Shown here: positions 1 through 11,959 of the stretch, piece after piece
Position numbering within the stretch: the stretch's first letter is position 1
How the letters are laid out: each line of letters starts with the position of its first letter
Source: Diadema antillarum
Lineage: Eukaryota
Length of the DNA stretch: 64,000 nt
Direction: 5' to 3'
Assembly: GCF_040938485.1 (NCBI RefSeq)
Contig: NW_027270920.1
Span: 1,178,001 to 1,242,000, forward strand
The notes under the pieces: model-generated
Told to the model about the DNA's origin: nothing
The model's database searches: none
What the model saw: only the letters and a program-made list of their open reading frames with translations
Made by a program: the position numbers and the translations under genes

Positions 1-1605
1 ACAAGTGAATGTAGAATGACTCTAAGACATATAGCACATCGAGGGATATTACAACCCGTGTAATGTTACTTGTATTAGCCTAGTAGTATGAATCAAATCA
101 CGTCATTTCACTTTTGCGGTCAATCAAGCTCATTTAGTTTCGTCATGGCAGCAGACTAGATTTTGAAGTAACTGCACTTTCGAAGGTTTGAATAGGCCAC
201 ACCAAATGATTCCTTACGCCATATTTACGGATAGCATAGGAGCCGGATCAAAAGGTATGCTCCTTACGGTAATGCATTTCGTTGCTTAGATATGACGACA
301 AAGGTTGTGGCTTACCTTGTCTCCTCGTCGCCGAGAAACTTAATATTCGCGTACTTCCTTTGGGGTGAATTTGTCAGAATGATTATCGCTATCACCCATT
401 CAACGTACGAAGGCGCCGATGAGAATGGATAGGATATAAACAAATACTGTATCACTTGGCTTCAGCGATTCATCCAACGTATCCACATCATTTTTACTAA
501 TGCAGTTTCTTTTCTCAGGCACGGTGGATTGGTATCAGGGGATAGAATTCCGGCGGGAGGGGTGCGAAAATGGTTTTCTCATAAGCCTTTGGAATATGTC
601 CGTCAAGGACAGTAATCATGGTAATGAAGAGTAAAAACTGACATTTAAACTAACATATTTTCAGTGCACAATAAAAAAAAAAACTTCAGATTTGCACTCC
701 TCTATCAGATCTCATTTAATAGGACGTCCTCCTATCTCTCACGCTTGTATCTTTTTTTTCAAGTCGATACGATGAGCAAAAATAAGCAAGCATTGAACAT
801 GTTTTTCGGGGGGTTTTTTCCCCATAGACTGATCAAACAGTCCCTCAAGAAGAAAATTCCTTAAAAAAAAACTCATAAAGGATTAAGAAGCAGACTCATG
901 GTTAGTAGAACTTTACATCAGCATTTCTTTGGAATAAAAATGTAAAATGAGAACGAGTCCTATGTGCTGTACCCTCTTTCCCTGATCTCTATAACGATAA
1001 GAATCAGTTATAGCCATGGTTACAACTTCCGAAATTTACTCCGCTATAGGTAGGCCAAGTGATGAGGCTTTTTAGCCATACTTGTCGAGTTTTTAACTCA
1101 AATTAACCAACGACTAAACGGAAAATCTACAGGACACTGTCGGGACATCGCAAGGGCAGTCACTCTCTTCACTTCTCTAGACATATTCGAGTGATCCCGT
1201 AATTCAAACCTCGCATGAGCAGGTTACATATCCGTAACTCCGGTCGGCCACCGCTCCGATTTGTGACAATTGCGTATACAGTTACTCAAACATCTCTATT
1301 GTCATTGCGAACGGATTCAAATAAGCGTGTTTGGTGACATTGACGAGATTTGTGAACCTCAAGTATGATAGCATTCACAATGAAGTTCAATTTAGTGAGT
1401 TTGGCCATACCAAAAATGTCGAATTTGAGAGTGTGCATTTACTTGATTTTTCCTGCTATATCATCAGGCACATTGATATAAACATATCAGTCTTTATCAT
1501 GACTTGGTGGCAAGGAACATTACATTTAAAAGTGTCAAATGGCAATGTACAGATCAAGCAAAATATAGGGACTATAGGGTGAAACGGAATAAGAAGTTGA
1601 AGATT

Positions 1606-3006
1606 TCAAAGCTTCAATAGGCGCTTGCAAAATATCTTCATGAGCGTACTGCGGATTAACGGTTGTGCCAGTGCATAGGCTATAGGATTTATCGTGCTGT
1701 TACAAAAAGATAGCCAAAGCGTCGATTCGCGTAACGTCGTGGAGAAGGGCAGGCTTTGGAACCTCCGGCGGTCACTGGACGCAAATAGAAGAACGACGGT
1801 GTTGGGGAGCCACGTTACGAAGAAGGCCCCTACGATAAAAGTCAATGTACGTAGTGCCTTATTATTTGCTTTCGATGCTATCCTCCGCTGATTTATCCCG
1901 GACAGGTTTTCCGACAAGCTTTCGCCGTAACCCGGGTGATGTTTCTCAGGCGACCCTGTTACGCTGACTTCGTCTGTTATTAAAATCGTTGAGGTCTTGT
2001 CACGTCGTGAGCGGGAAGTTGGACATGCTATGTCACCTGATTTTGATTGTTTATCAACTACTTTGTCTTCGTTTGTCTTACAAGACCACCTGTCAGGAGC
2101 ATAAGATTTTTCGGGGGCAGCACACCCATTGTCATTCCTCCGTATCGATATACCCAAAGGGTTCTTATCTATTGGTCTTGTACTCGCCGTGGTGTCGTTC
2201 ACGGACACATCAATTTCTTTAACGTGACATACAGATTGTTTCTGGAGCTTAGAGTCACGTGAGTGCTTATTAGGTACCCTATCTGACCTGAATTCCTTAA
2301 TAACGCCGTCTTTCCACGACCTGTTAGTACTCATCCTCACTTGAAGGTAAATTCGTAAGCATAGTGGGGCAAGAATAAAGAATGGTAGCACAGCTCGCAT
2401 GAGTACTACTAGTATAGTCGTTATAACCGACAGTGCATAGTTAGCACCACAAAAACCCGATGATTTTACACGACCAATCGGCCGAATCAAGTCCCAAACA
2501 GTGCTTATTCCCATCCAAAACACCAGTGGAATTACCCATGTCAAAACGTTGATCAAAGTCGCGTTCCTCTTACCTTTAAACCGGTAATGGTGTATCGGAA
2601 ACGACGTCGCGAAATACCGATCGATGCATACCACCACCATACCCATAACAGACACTCCACGGAGAGCATTCTGGAGGCCGTTATCGATATGGCAGAAGAC
2701 TTCTCCAAGAATCCAGGTACTATTAAATAAAAACATCTGTGCACGAAACGGCATACAGACTAATCCGACCAGGAGATCTGCCACGGTCATGTTGAAGATG
2801 TAGTAATTGCAGTATGTCCACAATTTCTTCTCTGCCCAGAACGCGAGGAGAATAAGTAGATTTGCGATGATTGTGATGAACATGATGCCAAAGAGAACCA
2901 AAGCATGCCAGGTGACTGTAGGATGAATCGTAGTCAAGAGGAGCATTGTTTTTGTACCGGTGTCATTGGTCCATTCTTGACTCTCTGCGATAGAACTGTT
3001 GACCAT
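1606..3006 (-). CDS. Class A (rhodopsin-like) GPCR, aminergic-like scaffold (muscarinic/histamine H3-like), copy A1, 466 aa, single coding exon
   Basis: Seven hydrophobic segments. TM1 ANLLI, TM2 ADLLVG, TM3 FC..DRY, TM4 W, ECL2 Cys, TM6 FFVTWLP, TM7 NSTINPIAY, helix 8, long ICL3, N-terminal sequons NSS/NDT. Confidence 0.95.
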   Translation of the reverse strand: MVNSSIAESQEWTNDTGTKTMLLLTTIHPTVTWHALVLFGIMFITIIANLLILLAFWAEKKLWTYCNYYIFNMTVADLLVGLVCMPFRAQMFLFNSTWILGEVFCHIDNGLQNALRGVSVMGMVVVCIDRYFATSFPIHHYRFKGKRNATLINVLTWVIPLVFWMGISTVWDLIRPIGRVKSSGFCGANYALSVITTILVVLMRAVLPFFILAPLCLRIYLQVRMSTNRSWKDGVIKEFRSDRVPNKHSRDSKLQKQSVCHVKEIDVSVNDTTASTRPIDKNPLGISIRRNDNGCAAPEKSYAPDRWSCKTNEDKVVDKQSKSGDIACPTSRSRRDKTSTILITDEVSVTGSPEKHHPGYGESLSENLSGINQRRIASKANNKALRTLTFIVGAFFVTWLPNTVVLLFASSDRRRFQSLPFSTTLRESTLWLSFCNSTINPIAYALAQPLIRSTLMKIFCKRLLKL

Positions 3007-3019
3007 CGTGTAGCAAATG

Positions 3020-3559
3020 CTGGAAAGGGGGAAATACTCATGAGATTACAAATACCACCTTCTCTGCAAACATTTCATTATCATTTTATTGAGAAGATTT
3101 TTTCCCTTCGACATTCTTTAGTTCTGCCTTTTTTCCTCGAATATCGCCATAAATGATTCTTGAAATTGCTTCTGCTGTGGCGTGTATTTCTATGTTGATA
3201 AACCTAGTTTCATGAAAGCCAGAGTGATATTCCATATTTTTCAAGACAAATGAAAGATTAAGTGAAAGAATCATCACTATAAGGAGAAATGATTGTTCTC
3301 GGCCAAAAGGCTGGATTGTTCCGGTATCTACTGTACCTATATACGCGTCCATCCAAAGCAAGCTAGGAACTATATCACAAATGAGAAATGAAACGCAACC
3401 AGCAGTACGTCAAGTAACAATAGTTTTACGTGCATTTACCGTTCATAGATTGCCAACTCATGGTGAAATATGATCGGACCAATGATCAATATTGTGTGTG
3501 CTGAAAAATAATTAGAAAGGATAGAGATATGATATAGATAGTGAGAAAATGTAACTTAC
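3020..3559 (-). other. 5' UTR intron of GPCR A1 (equivalent intron in A2-A5)
   Basis: Minus-strand acceptor tttccccctttccag lies 13 nt before the ATG and is conserved in all five copies. Minus-strand donor gtaagt at 3559, with gtgggt/gtacgt/gtacgt/gtatgt at the aligned position in the other copies. Confidence 0.65.
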
Positions 3560-3769
3560 GTGAGAAATCCTGCTAACAAACGCCGAAATTCGGAGTGCTT
3601 TGAAGAGCTTTCAGTTAGCATAGGATGTAGGCCTAGATATCACAGGCAAATTGAAGGAACAGCTCTCGTCCTTGTAGGTATAAACTTAGAAAGACCAAAA
3701 TGTTTCAACCGATTCCTCCCCTCCTTCCTATCCGCACTTCTCGTGTCTCTCAGACCTTAAAAACTGAGA

Positions 3770-3789
3770 GATAGCCGCGCCCATAAGAA
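3770..3789 (-). promoter_or_regulatory. Conserved upstream block of GPCR genes (copy 1 of 5), putative core promoter
   Basis: gatagccgcgcccataagaa recurs at 3770, 9287, 19238, 24602 and 31434 (1-nt insertion in the last). It lies 640-765 bp upstream of each ATG, just beyond the inferred non-coding exon. Confidence 0.55.
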
Positions 3790-4654
3790 ACCTTTTAGCT
3801 TCTGACGACTTGAAAATCTTTGCTCTGAACATACGTCACCTTTACTTACCGTTTTGCCAGACTTTTTATTGAGTCAAAATGCATCTAAGTTATCACTTTC
3901 ATCAGAGTGTTCAAAGTTATAAAGACTTTTACTTATTTTTAATAGATCGACGATAATAGATGTTATTTGATCTTTCACTGATATCTTAACTGAGATCACG
4001 TAAACTACGCAAGGTTTAAAGGCAAAAAAAAAAAAAGAGATGATAGCTTTGACAGTTTGTGATTATTGATTTGCCATTGAAGCACAGAAGAAATCAAACC
4101 TGAGCTTTTGTGTCTTATAAAAGACCTTGAAATATGGTCTACTCTCAAAAGTATTCACTGCTTGTTGGCTGTACTTTCTAACGGAAGAGCGTGCTCATGT
4201 GACATAATAGCTCAAATGATGTGAACCACGACTTATTGTCGGTCAATGGACGCTGCTACTTTCTGTAAAAAGGAACTATAACTGGAATTGATTCACTCAT
4301 CGTTAAGTCTTCTTAATACATTTTTTTTCTCTACAATCGATATCAGTCGATATAAAGCACAGGAAGCCAATAAGGTATAAGCAACATGAGCAAGGTGAAG
4401 TTTCAGCTTTTCAATAGCTGCATTAATGGTTTGAAATCAACATCCCTCTGTTCATGCAGAAACACCTTTGTGCATATTTTTCTAAAGATTTTGTGTCAAT
4501 ATAGCAAGGAAGGATAAGACACCTTCTAGCACAGTTGCATATGTGTATAGAAATCTCTTGTGGACAGTCAGTCTCTCATCTTTTGTCATGAATTACACGT
4601 AAATGTGTATCCGAACGCAGAGTGGTGCAAGAACACAAAATGTGTTTCAAACAA

Positions 4655-4790
4655 NNNNNNNNNNNNNNNNNNNNNNNNNNNNNNNNNNNNNNNNNNNNNN
4701 NNNNNNNNNNNNNNNNNNNNNNNNNNNNNNNNNNNNNNNNNNNNNNNNNNNNNNNNNNNNNNNNNNNNNNNNNNNNNNNNNNNNNNNNNN
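4655..4790. other. Assembly gap (136 N)
   Basis: Run of N. Confidence 0.99.
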
Positions 4791-5387
4791 GGAACGCCTC
4801 AGATTTTTAATTTTGGCAATATTGTTCCTAATATGTCATTATTTTGTATACTATTGGAAAGGTCATTCTTTTTCCTAAAGAATGACACCAAGTTCTTTAA
4901 TCTTGGTTAATGCATCATGGTTTTAGGACCATTTTTGTCAACCCTTGCAATTTTCAAAATGTGATCATTTTGCACTCTCAGAGATACCGAAATCAGCGAG
5001 AATTCGGCTTGCCATAGAACCAGTAACGTTCACAATGTGTGGAATGTGAGTGTCATTCTCCGTTACCATTGTGAATGAGACGACCTGACGACAATAACAC
5101 TGTCCGCCCCACATTCTGCACATTGTGAACGCTACTGGTTCTACGGTAAGCCGAATTCTCACTGGTTTCTGTATCTCTGAGAGTGCAAAATGATTACATT
5201 TTGAAAATTGCAAGGGTTTACAAAAATGGGCCTAAAATCGTAACGCATTAACTGAAATTAAAAAGTTTGGTGTCATTCTATTGAAAAAAGAATGACCTTT
5301 CTAATAGTATGCAACATGATGACATATTTGCAACAGTATTGCTGAAATTAAAGATCTTAGGCGTTCCGTTCTTTTTGGGCCACCCTG
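4791..5387. mobile_element. Fold-back Tc1/mariner-type MITE (left tip in the N gap)
   Basis: The element is a long imperfect palindrome centred near 5079, with 4791 pairing to 5367. The right end reads cagggtggcccaaaaag on the reverse strand and is flanked by TA. Confidence 0.75.
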
Positions 5388-7345
5388 TATATCATAATCG
5401 GCATTGTGGGATGATGCACCATTGGGACCGACTGGCTGAAAAAATTCAGTATTGTAACTATTCCGACCAGTATTAAAAAAGAAAATAACCAAGTTAAACC
5501 GTTGATCATCATTGTGCGTCATATGTTTATTCCTTAGATGTTTGGAACGATGTTGGTGCGTAAAAGTTGGGTCATTTCAGAAAAAAAAAAACACTTGCGG
5601 AAATGACGAAATAATGTATCTCATGATAGGTCGATTTAACTTTGAACAGCGCAAAATAACGCTGCAGTAGATTGCAATATAAAAGTTACCCAAAAATATC
5701 ATTGAATACTTGAATATAAAAACGACCCAAGTCCAAATTTGGCTATCGTCTTTGGAGACCTTTTACGAAGTCATGCAAAGACAGATAATCAGTCTAAGGA
5801 ATGTTTTACATTTAAATCTGTAGAGATAATATTCCATTCACTCAAAATTACTACAAACATTAGGAAATGATTCAATGATTTCTATTCATTCTATAATTTC
5901 TGTAATGGACTTGGGTCTTTTTTATACTCAGGTACGCAATTGCCTACTGGATTTTTTTTTTTTTTTGCAAACTTCATCATGTACTCTAAGATGATATTTG
6001 CGCTGTCTTATCTTCACACAAACGTATGTCATTCGTTGTATGACAAATCCTTTTGAACATTTAATGGTTCGACTCGATCAGTTAAGAACAAGGGGATTTC
6101 TCTTCTTTTGAAAAAAGAAAAATAACACACAAAATAATCACACAAGTCCTGTCAGTAAGCAGTCTTATACTATTTCTGGACAAGTTAAAACACTCAAATA
6201 TATTTCAGCAGCCGTATGTCCGTCAAGACCAGTGAGAAGAACAGTGATAAAACTTCCTTATTTTTTTTTCTCTGCAAAATTAAGCAAAAACTGCAGATTC
6301 GCACTTTAGTTTTAATGAGGTATATCATAATTTATGAAACACAGTCGTGAAAGCGGGTAAAGATAGCCAAAAATTCAATGTATGTTTTTTTTTTGTTCCA
6401 TCATTAACACTATCAAATAGTCCCGAAAGTACAGAAGTCCTGGAAAAAAAGGAATAAAAGAAAATAAGAACTTAAATCATATTAAACAGCAGTTTTCATC
6501 AGTAGGGTGGAGAGGCGTTTTAGCCAATTTGTCAAGTTTTTAACTGAAATCGACCAACAACTGACGAGAATCGACATGACACTATTAAGGCATTGCTAGG
6601 GCTGTCAGCCCTCTCGACTTCTCAAAAAATATTTGGATGATACTGTAATTTCACCGGCGCCCGGGCAGGCTGCATTAAGGTTGGACGTCTCATGTCTTAT
6701 TTGTGACCACAGCATAATACTAATATAGTTACTCTCACACTTGTTGCCATTGCTACTCGGACTTCTGATATAATGACATTAATTCTCTTTCTGCTCTCAA
6801 GAAAGTTCAGCTCCCACACCTTAACGTCACCCTTACTGCAATCCTTTACGGACATGAAATCAAAGTGGATTCAAATTAACATGTCTGATGGTATTGACGA
6901 TATCAACCAACCGTGTATGGTTTGACTTTATAGATTCCAAATGAAAGCCACACTGCTTTACTTGCGACCGAGGTATACGAAAATGGGTGTCTCATCAACC
7001 ATATTTTTCTTTTCAGAACAAGTATACTTATATTCTTTTATCTGCAAAATAAAACATATGAAACAGAAATACACCCTATATTTAACAGAAGACGAGTGTC
7101 AAGGGTCTTTTTATGGCCGCTTTTGCAACCTTTTGAAGTTTAAATTAGTGAATACCATTAAAGCTTAATCTCGGACTTATGAAGGGTGCCTTAATTTGAG
7201 AAATTTCTTTCCATATTCACAGCTTTTTCAAATCGAAATATCTGACCTTATCGTGACAGGATGGCAAGGAATACACTTCCATAAAGCAAACAAAATGACT
7301 ATAGGGTGAGCAAGGAAAAGAGAGAAGGGTGACCATTTCAAAACT

Positions 7346-8647
7346 TTAATGGCGCCTGCAAAATATCTTCATGAGTGAACGGCGGAATAATGGCTGTGCC
7401 AGTGCATAAGCTAAAGGATTGATCGTGCTGTTACAGAAAGATGCCCAAAGTGCTGATTCTCGTAACGTCGTGGCGAAGGGTAGCCTTCGGAATCTCGGGC
7501 GGTCACTAGACGAAAATATAAGAACGACGATGTTCGGGAGCCAGGTTACGAAGAAGGCCGCTACGATTAAGGTCAATGTACGTAGGGCCTTACTATTTGT
7601 TTTCACGGCGGCTATCTTCCGCTGTTTTATCCCTGGCAGGTTTTCCGACAAGCTTTCGCCGTAACCCGGGTGACGTTTCTCAGGCGACTCTGGTACGCTG
7701 ACTTCGTCCGTTATTGAAATCGTTGAGCTTTTCTCTTCCCTCATTTGAGACGACCACCTGTCAGGTACGTAAGATCGTTTAGAGGTACCACATATATTGT
7801 CAATATTCTTTCTCCGCGTTAAACAATAAGGGTCCGTGTCTATAGACATTACACTTGCTGTAGTTTCGTTCACAGTCATATCAATTCTTTTAACCTGACA
7901 TACAGATTGTTCCTGGAACTTATTAGGTAGACTATGTGGTTCGAATTCCTTAATAACGCTGTCCCTCCACGACGCGTTAGTACTCATCCTCACTTGAAAG
8001 TAAATCCGTAGACAAAGTGGGACAAGAATAGAAAATGGCAACACAGCACGCATTATTACGACTACTGTACTCCATAAAACCGACTGTGCATAATTAGCTT
8101 CACATAAACCAGAGGATTTTACACGACCGTTTGGACTGATCAAGTCCCAAACAGTGCTTATTCCTAACCAGAACACCAGTGGAATTATCCATGTCAAAAG
8201 GTTGACCAAAGTCGCGTTCTTCTTGCCCTTAAGCCGATAATGGTGTATGGGAAACGACGTTGCGAAATATCTATCGATACATATCACCACCATACCCGTA
8301 ACAGACACTCCGCGGAGAGCATTCTGGAGGCCGTTATCGACATGGCAGAAAATTTCTCCTAGAATCCAGGTACCGTTAAAAAGAAACATCTGCGCACGAA
8401 ACGGCATACAGAGTAACCCGACCAGGAGATCTGCCACCGTCATGTTGAAGATGTAGTAATTGCAGTATGTCCACAATTTCTTCTCTGTCCAGAACGCCAG
8501 GAGAATTAGTAGATTTGCGAAGATGGTAATTAACATGATACAAAAGAGGACCAAAGCTTGCCAGGTGACTGTAGGACGAATTGTAGTCAAGAGGAGTATT
8601 GTTTTTGTACCGGTGTCATTGGTTACTGCGATAGAACTGTTGTCCAT
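7346..8647 (-). CDS. Class A GPCR paralog A2, 433 aa (shortened ICL3)
   Basis: Intact ORF with the same motifs as A1 (DRY, FFVTWLP, NPLAY). The differences are mainly ICL3 deletions. Confidence 0.95.
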   Translation of the reverse strand: MDNSSIAVTNDTGTKTILLLTTIRPTVTWQALVLFCIMLITIFANLLILLAFWTEKKLWTYCNYYIFNMTVADLLVGLLCMPFRAQMFLFNGTWILGEIFCHVDNGLQNALRGVSVTGMVVICIDRYFATSFPIHHYRLKGKKNATLVNLLTWIIPLVFWLGISTVWDLISPNGRVKSSGLCEANYAQSVLWSTVVVIMRAVLPFSILVPLCLRIYFQVRMSTNASWRDSVIKEFEPHSLPNKFQEQSVCQVKRIDMTVNETTASVMSIDTDPYCLTRRKNIDNICGTSKRSYVPDRWSSQMREEKSSTISITDEVSVPESPEKRHPGYGESLSENLPGIKQRKIAAVKTNSKALRTLTLIVAAFFVTWLPNIVVLIFSSSDRPRFRRLPFATTLRESALWASFCNSTINPLAYALAQPLFRRSLMKIFCRRH

Positions 8648-10079
8648 CGTGGAGTAAATGCTGGAAAATTGAAAATACCCATGTCATTAGAAAGATGATC
8701 CTGGATGCAAACCTTTCAGTATTTATTGAGATGATTTGGGATGATTTTCGTTCGACGTTTTGCAATTAGATGATAGGCAAAAAGATATTATACACATTTG
8801 TTAATTGTAAGGTGAATGAATGAATGATCAATACAAGAAGTAATGATCGGGCTCTGCCAAAAGGCTGCATTGTACATCTATGTAACAAACCAACTGTAGC
8901 TGTCAATCCAAAGCACGCTAGATGTTATCATGAATAAGAAATAAATCACAACTTCTAGTAAGTCAGCTAAGTGTTATTTACGTACATTCCTTCATTAAAT
9001 GTCCATATCGTTTGACAATGGTGAAATTAGATCGAGCCAATTGTCTCCTCTTTTGCTGGGAAAGACTGAGAAAGTACCCACCTCACGTCCGAAATCCTGC
9101 GATTCCAAGCAAACTTCTGGTCGACGTGAAGAGCTGTCAGTCAGTATAGGCCGGAATATGACTGGCACGTTGTTACTAACTAACTTTTATATGAAATAAC
9201 ACAGGCCACAGTGTTCCAGCCGATTGCCCCCCCCCCCCTCCTTCTGATCCGCATTTCTCGTGTCTCTCAGTCATTAAAAACTGAGAGATAGCCGCGCCCA
9301 TAAGAACCCTTTTTGCTACTGACGACTTTGAAAATCTTTCTATATAACATGCGTCGCCTTTACTTATCGTTTCACTAGATTTCTCTTTTGTATTGAAATG
9401 CACTGAAGTTATTACTCTTATCATAATATTTAAAGTTGAGATGACTTTTAGTTGTTGTTTTTTATCAGTTCGACGCTAATGGATGTCATTTGATCATTCA
9501 TTGATGTCTGAACTGAAAGTACGCAAGGTACGCAATTCAACGAGGTAAACAATGACCGAGATATTATCTTGATAGATATTACAATATGGATTTATTCTTG
9601 AAGCACCCGTGAAATAAAACTTGAGCTCTTGTGTCTCCTGAAAGACCTTGAAATACGATCAATTCTCAAAAGCATTCACTGGCGATGCGCTTAATTTCTA
9701 ATGAAAGATCGCATAACAGGATGATAAGTGGGATGTTGTGAGGGTATATATAATGTGTATTCACGACTTACTGTCGGTTAGTTGGTGCTGCTACTTTCAG
9801 TATCAAAAAACACTATATTTTCTAGTTGACTCACTCATTTTCAAGTTCATATAACGCTCCATTCGTCTATTCAATATAAAATCGCAATAAATCACATGTA
9901 GGCAATAAGACATTAGAAAGATATAGTTTCCTCTTTATCTGTATTACACAAATATCAACATCTTTGTGTTCAGTAGAGATGAATTGTGCGTATTTCTTTT
10001 GATATTTTTTCATTGATTATTAAGGGATGGATAAGAAAAAACACGTAGCACAGTTGGGTACTATATGTAGAAATCGTCT

Positions 10080-10320
10080 TTGGACATTCAATCTCTTAAT
10101 TTTTGTCGTCAATCTATTTAATGTATATATATCAGAACCCGTTCATATAAAAGAACACAAAATGTAATTACTGCTTCCAAAGGAACAACCGTTATACTCG
10201 TTACCATATTCTTAAAATAACTGGTTTCATAAGCTGATACGCCATTAAAACCAATTGGTTTGATAATGATCAGTATTGTAACTATTTTCACCCATATGAA
10301 AATAAAACTTTGATATTGGA
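10080..10320 (-). pseudogene. B-type GPCR fragment (TM4-ECL2-TM5) in unit 2
   Basis: ORF 10118-10369 reads IWVKIVTILIIIKPIGFNG..YFKNMVTSITVVPLEAVITF. It aligns with IWVGIVTIWNFVKPIGLNG..FVKNIATSLTAVLLRAIIPF of the 33 kb pseudogene. Confidence 0.75.
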
Positions 10321-10569
10321 AACTGTGTTGCTGAGTAATGGTCCGATTATATTCCACGCACGATAGCAAGAACTGAAGAACTGAAACACCACGTAAAGCA
10401 TTTTCCAGTCCGGGAAAGACTTACTGAATAACGTATCTTAAGTGTGGTTGATGAAAATAATGACAATAATAAAAATTGCTGCATGAAAATTATGTCATAA
10501 AAGTTATCCTAATATATCAATTGGTCAGTGGAAATGTTTCCAAACTCACCACTAACTCTAAGATCATCT

Positions 10570-10963
10570 GGTGAGACACAATTTGTCACCCCGTCTCGAA
10601 TTGTCGTCTCGCGACAATTTGTGATGCTTGTGTGGTTTCCAATATTTGACGTCGATGGCGACAATTTGTACTTGCAAAATGAAACGTAGCTGCACAAATT
10701 GTCGTCGGTCATGCACTGTGAATTTTTGGTGGGTTGGGTATGACTGGTTAATTTATGCGTATGTGTGTGTGCGTATGGGGGGGGGGGGGGGCTGCATGGT
10801 ATGTGCTATGTGTGATTTGTAGGTGCGTATTATGTGACTTGTGTATGCGTTTACACATAGCTGTGTGTGAGTGTGTGTGTGTTTGGAATGTGATAATACA
10901 ATAATGTGGAAACTGTGCATGTGTAAGCCACCTCAACACACATTCTTCCATAATATACAATAT

Positions 10964-10995
<32 letters not shown>

Positions 10996-11270
10996 TGCAC
11001 ACACGCACGAACGGACACTCAATTATCATGTGCGCGCGCACATACACACTTCCTTGAAACCTCACCGTGACTTTTACATGGCTTGTTTGCATGGATGTAG
11101 CCATGTAAGTTATGTGTAGGTATTTCAATGACTATGTCAAGAAGATATTACCCCAAAAATGTGCTTCGAGGGCGGGCGACAATTTGTGCCGTCAGCCTCA
11201 TCACAAATTGTCGCCAGACGAAAATTTGTGACGGGCGCCAATTTGTGCCGCCAACTCCGTCACAACTGTC
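10570..11270. mobile_element. Internally deleted copy of the 39.7-42.5 kb fold-back element
   Basis: Both ends carry the acaaattgtcgcc/ggcgacaatttgt subrepeats. It aligns with about 39780-40151 and 42161-42480. Confidence 0.75.
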
Positions 11271-11751
11271 TTTGGGCTGTCTAATCACACACAAACGTAC
11301 GTTGCATGTACGTCATTTACTGTATAACAAAGATCTTTTTTGCGCATTTGATGGATTCGTCTTTTTTTCACACGGCGCAATTTCCTTTGTATGATGTTTA
11401 CGAGAAAGTGTTAATATGAGTGGACATCGATGAAACTTACAATCTACTATTATTTCAAGTAACTGATTTTGTCAAAAAATTCATGTCGGTAGAAGTCATG
11501 TAAAAGTACCTTTTGTAAAATGTAATATCGGAAGGTAAGTTTGAATTAACCAATACATAGAAAAAATAGATGATGCTGCAGAAATGGGTTTTACCAACGA
11601 TGACAACAGTGAAAACAAAATAAAAATATTAATGCTGGCTTTCCAAAGCGTACTGTGTAAGTTTATTTTAACATTTGGTTGCAGCTTTGTGCGATCTCGC
11701 TGATCATGATAGGACATAAAACTAATTCGTACATAATAACACAACGGTATA

Positions 11752-11959
11752 CTGTAAAACATGATATATTCGCGGCATGAATTTTTCGCGAATTGGAACC
11801 GGCAGCCTTTTTTGTGGCATGAAATTTTCGCGAAGTACCACTGGCGTTCAATGCATAATAGTGTAAACAAGGACTTTCGCGTGCATTTTAATTTCGCGAA
11901 TCTTGGCGCTCGCGAAATTCGCGAAATTAAAGTGCACGCGAAAATTCCTCGTTTTACAG
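11752..11959. mobile_element. 208-bp MITE, Tc1/mariner/pogo-type
   Basis: TIR ctgtaaaac...gttttacag flanked by TA on both sides, with internal ttcgcg subrepeats. A related fragment lies at about 55335-55480. Confidence 0.75.

Larger units (their letters stand above)
4560..5560 (-). pseudogene. B-type GPCR fragment (TM4-ECL2-TM5) in unit 1, split by a fold-back MITE and an assembly gap
   Basis: 4590-4640 (gtatccgaacgcagagtggtgcaagaaca) matches about 33023-33060. 5400-5520 on the minus strand reads MINGLTWLFSFLILVGIVTIL, versus MINGITWLIPFLIWVGIVTIW in the 33 kb pseudogene. Confidence 0.75.

Noticed and set aside
310-510. Minus-strand stretch with hydrophobic coding-like reading and a gtaagc donor
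   Set aside because: It needs a frameshift, has no clear acceptor, and matches nothing recognisable.
1694-1891. Recurring 65-83 aa plus-strand ORFs (1694, 7419, 17223, 22539, 29382 and similar) conserved between units
   Set aside because: These are antisense shadows of GPCR TM6-TM7 or TM2-TM3. Their conservation follows from the sense gene.
10748-11128. ORFs rich in VC/HT repeats (also 39219, 39788, 40049, 49159, 54289)
   Set aside because: Translations of (CA)n/(GT)n microsatellites.
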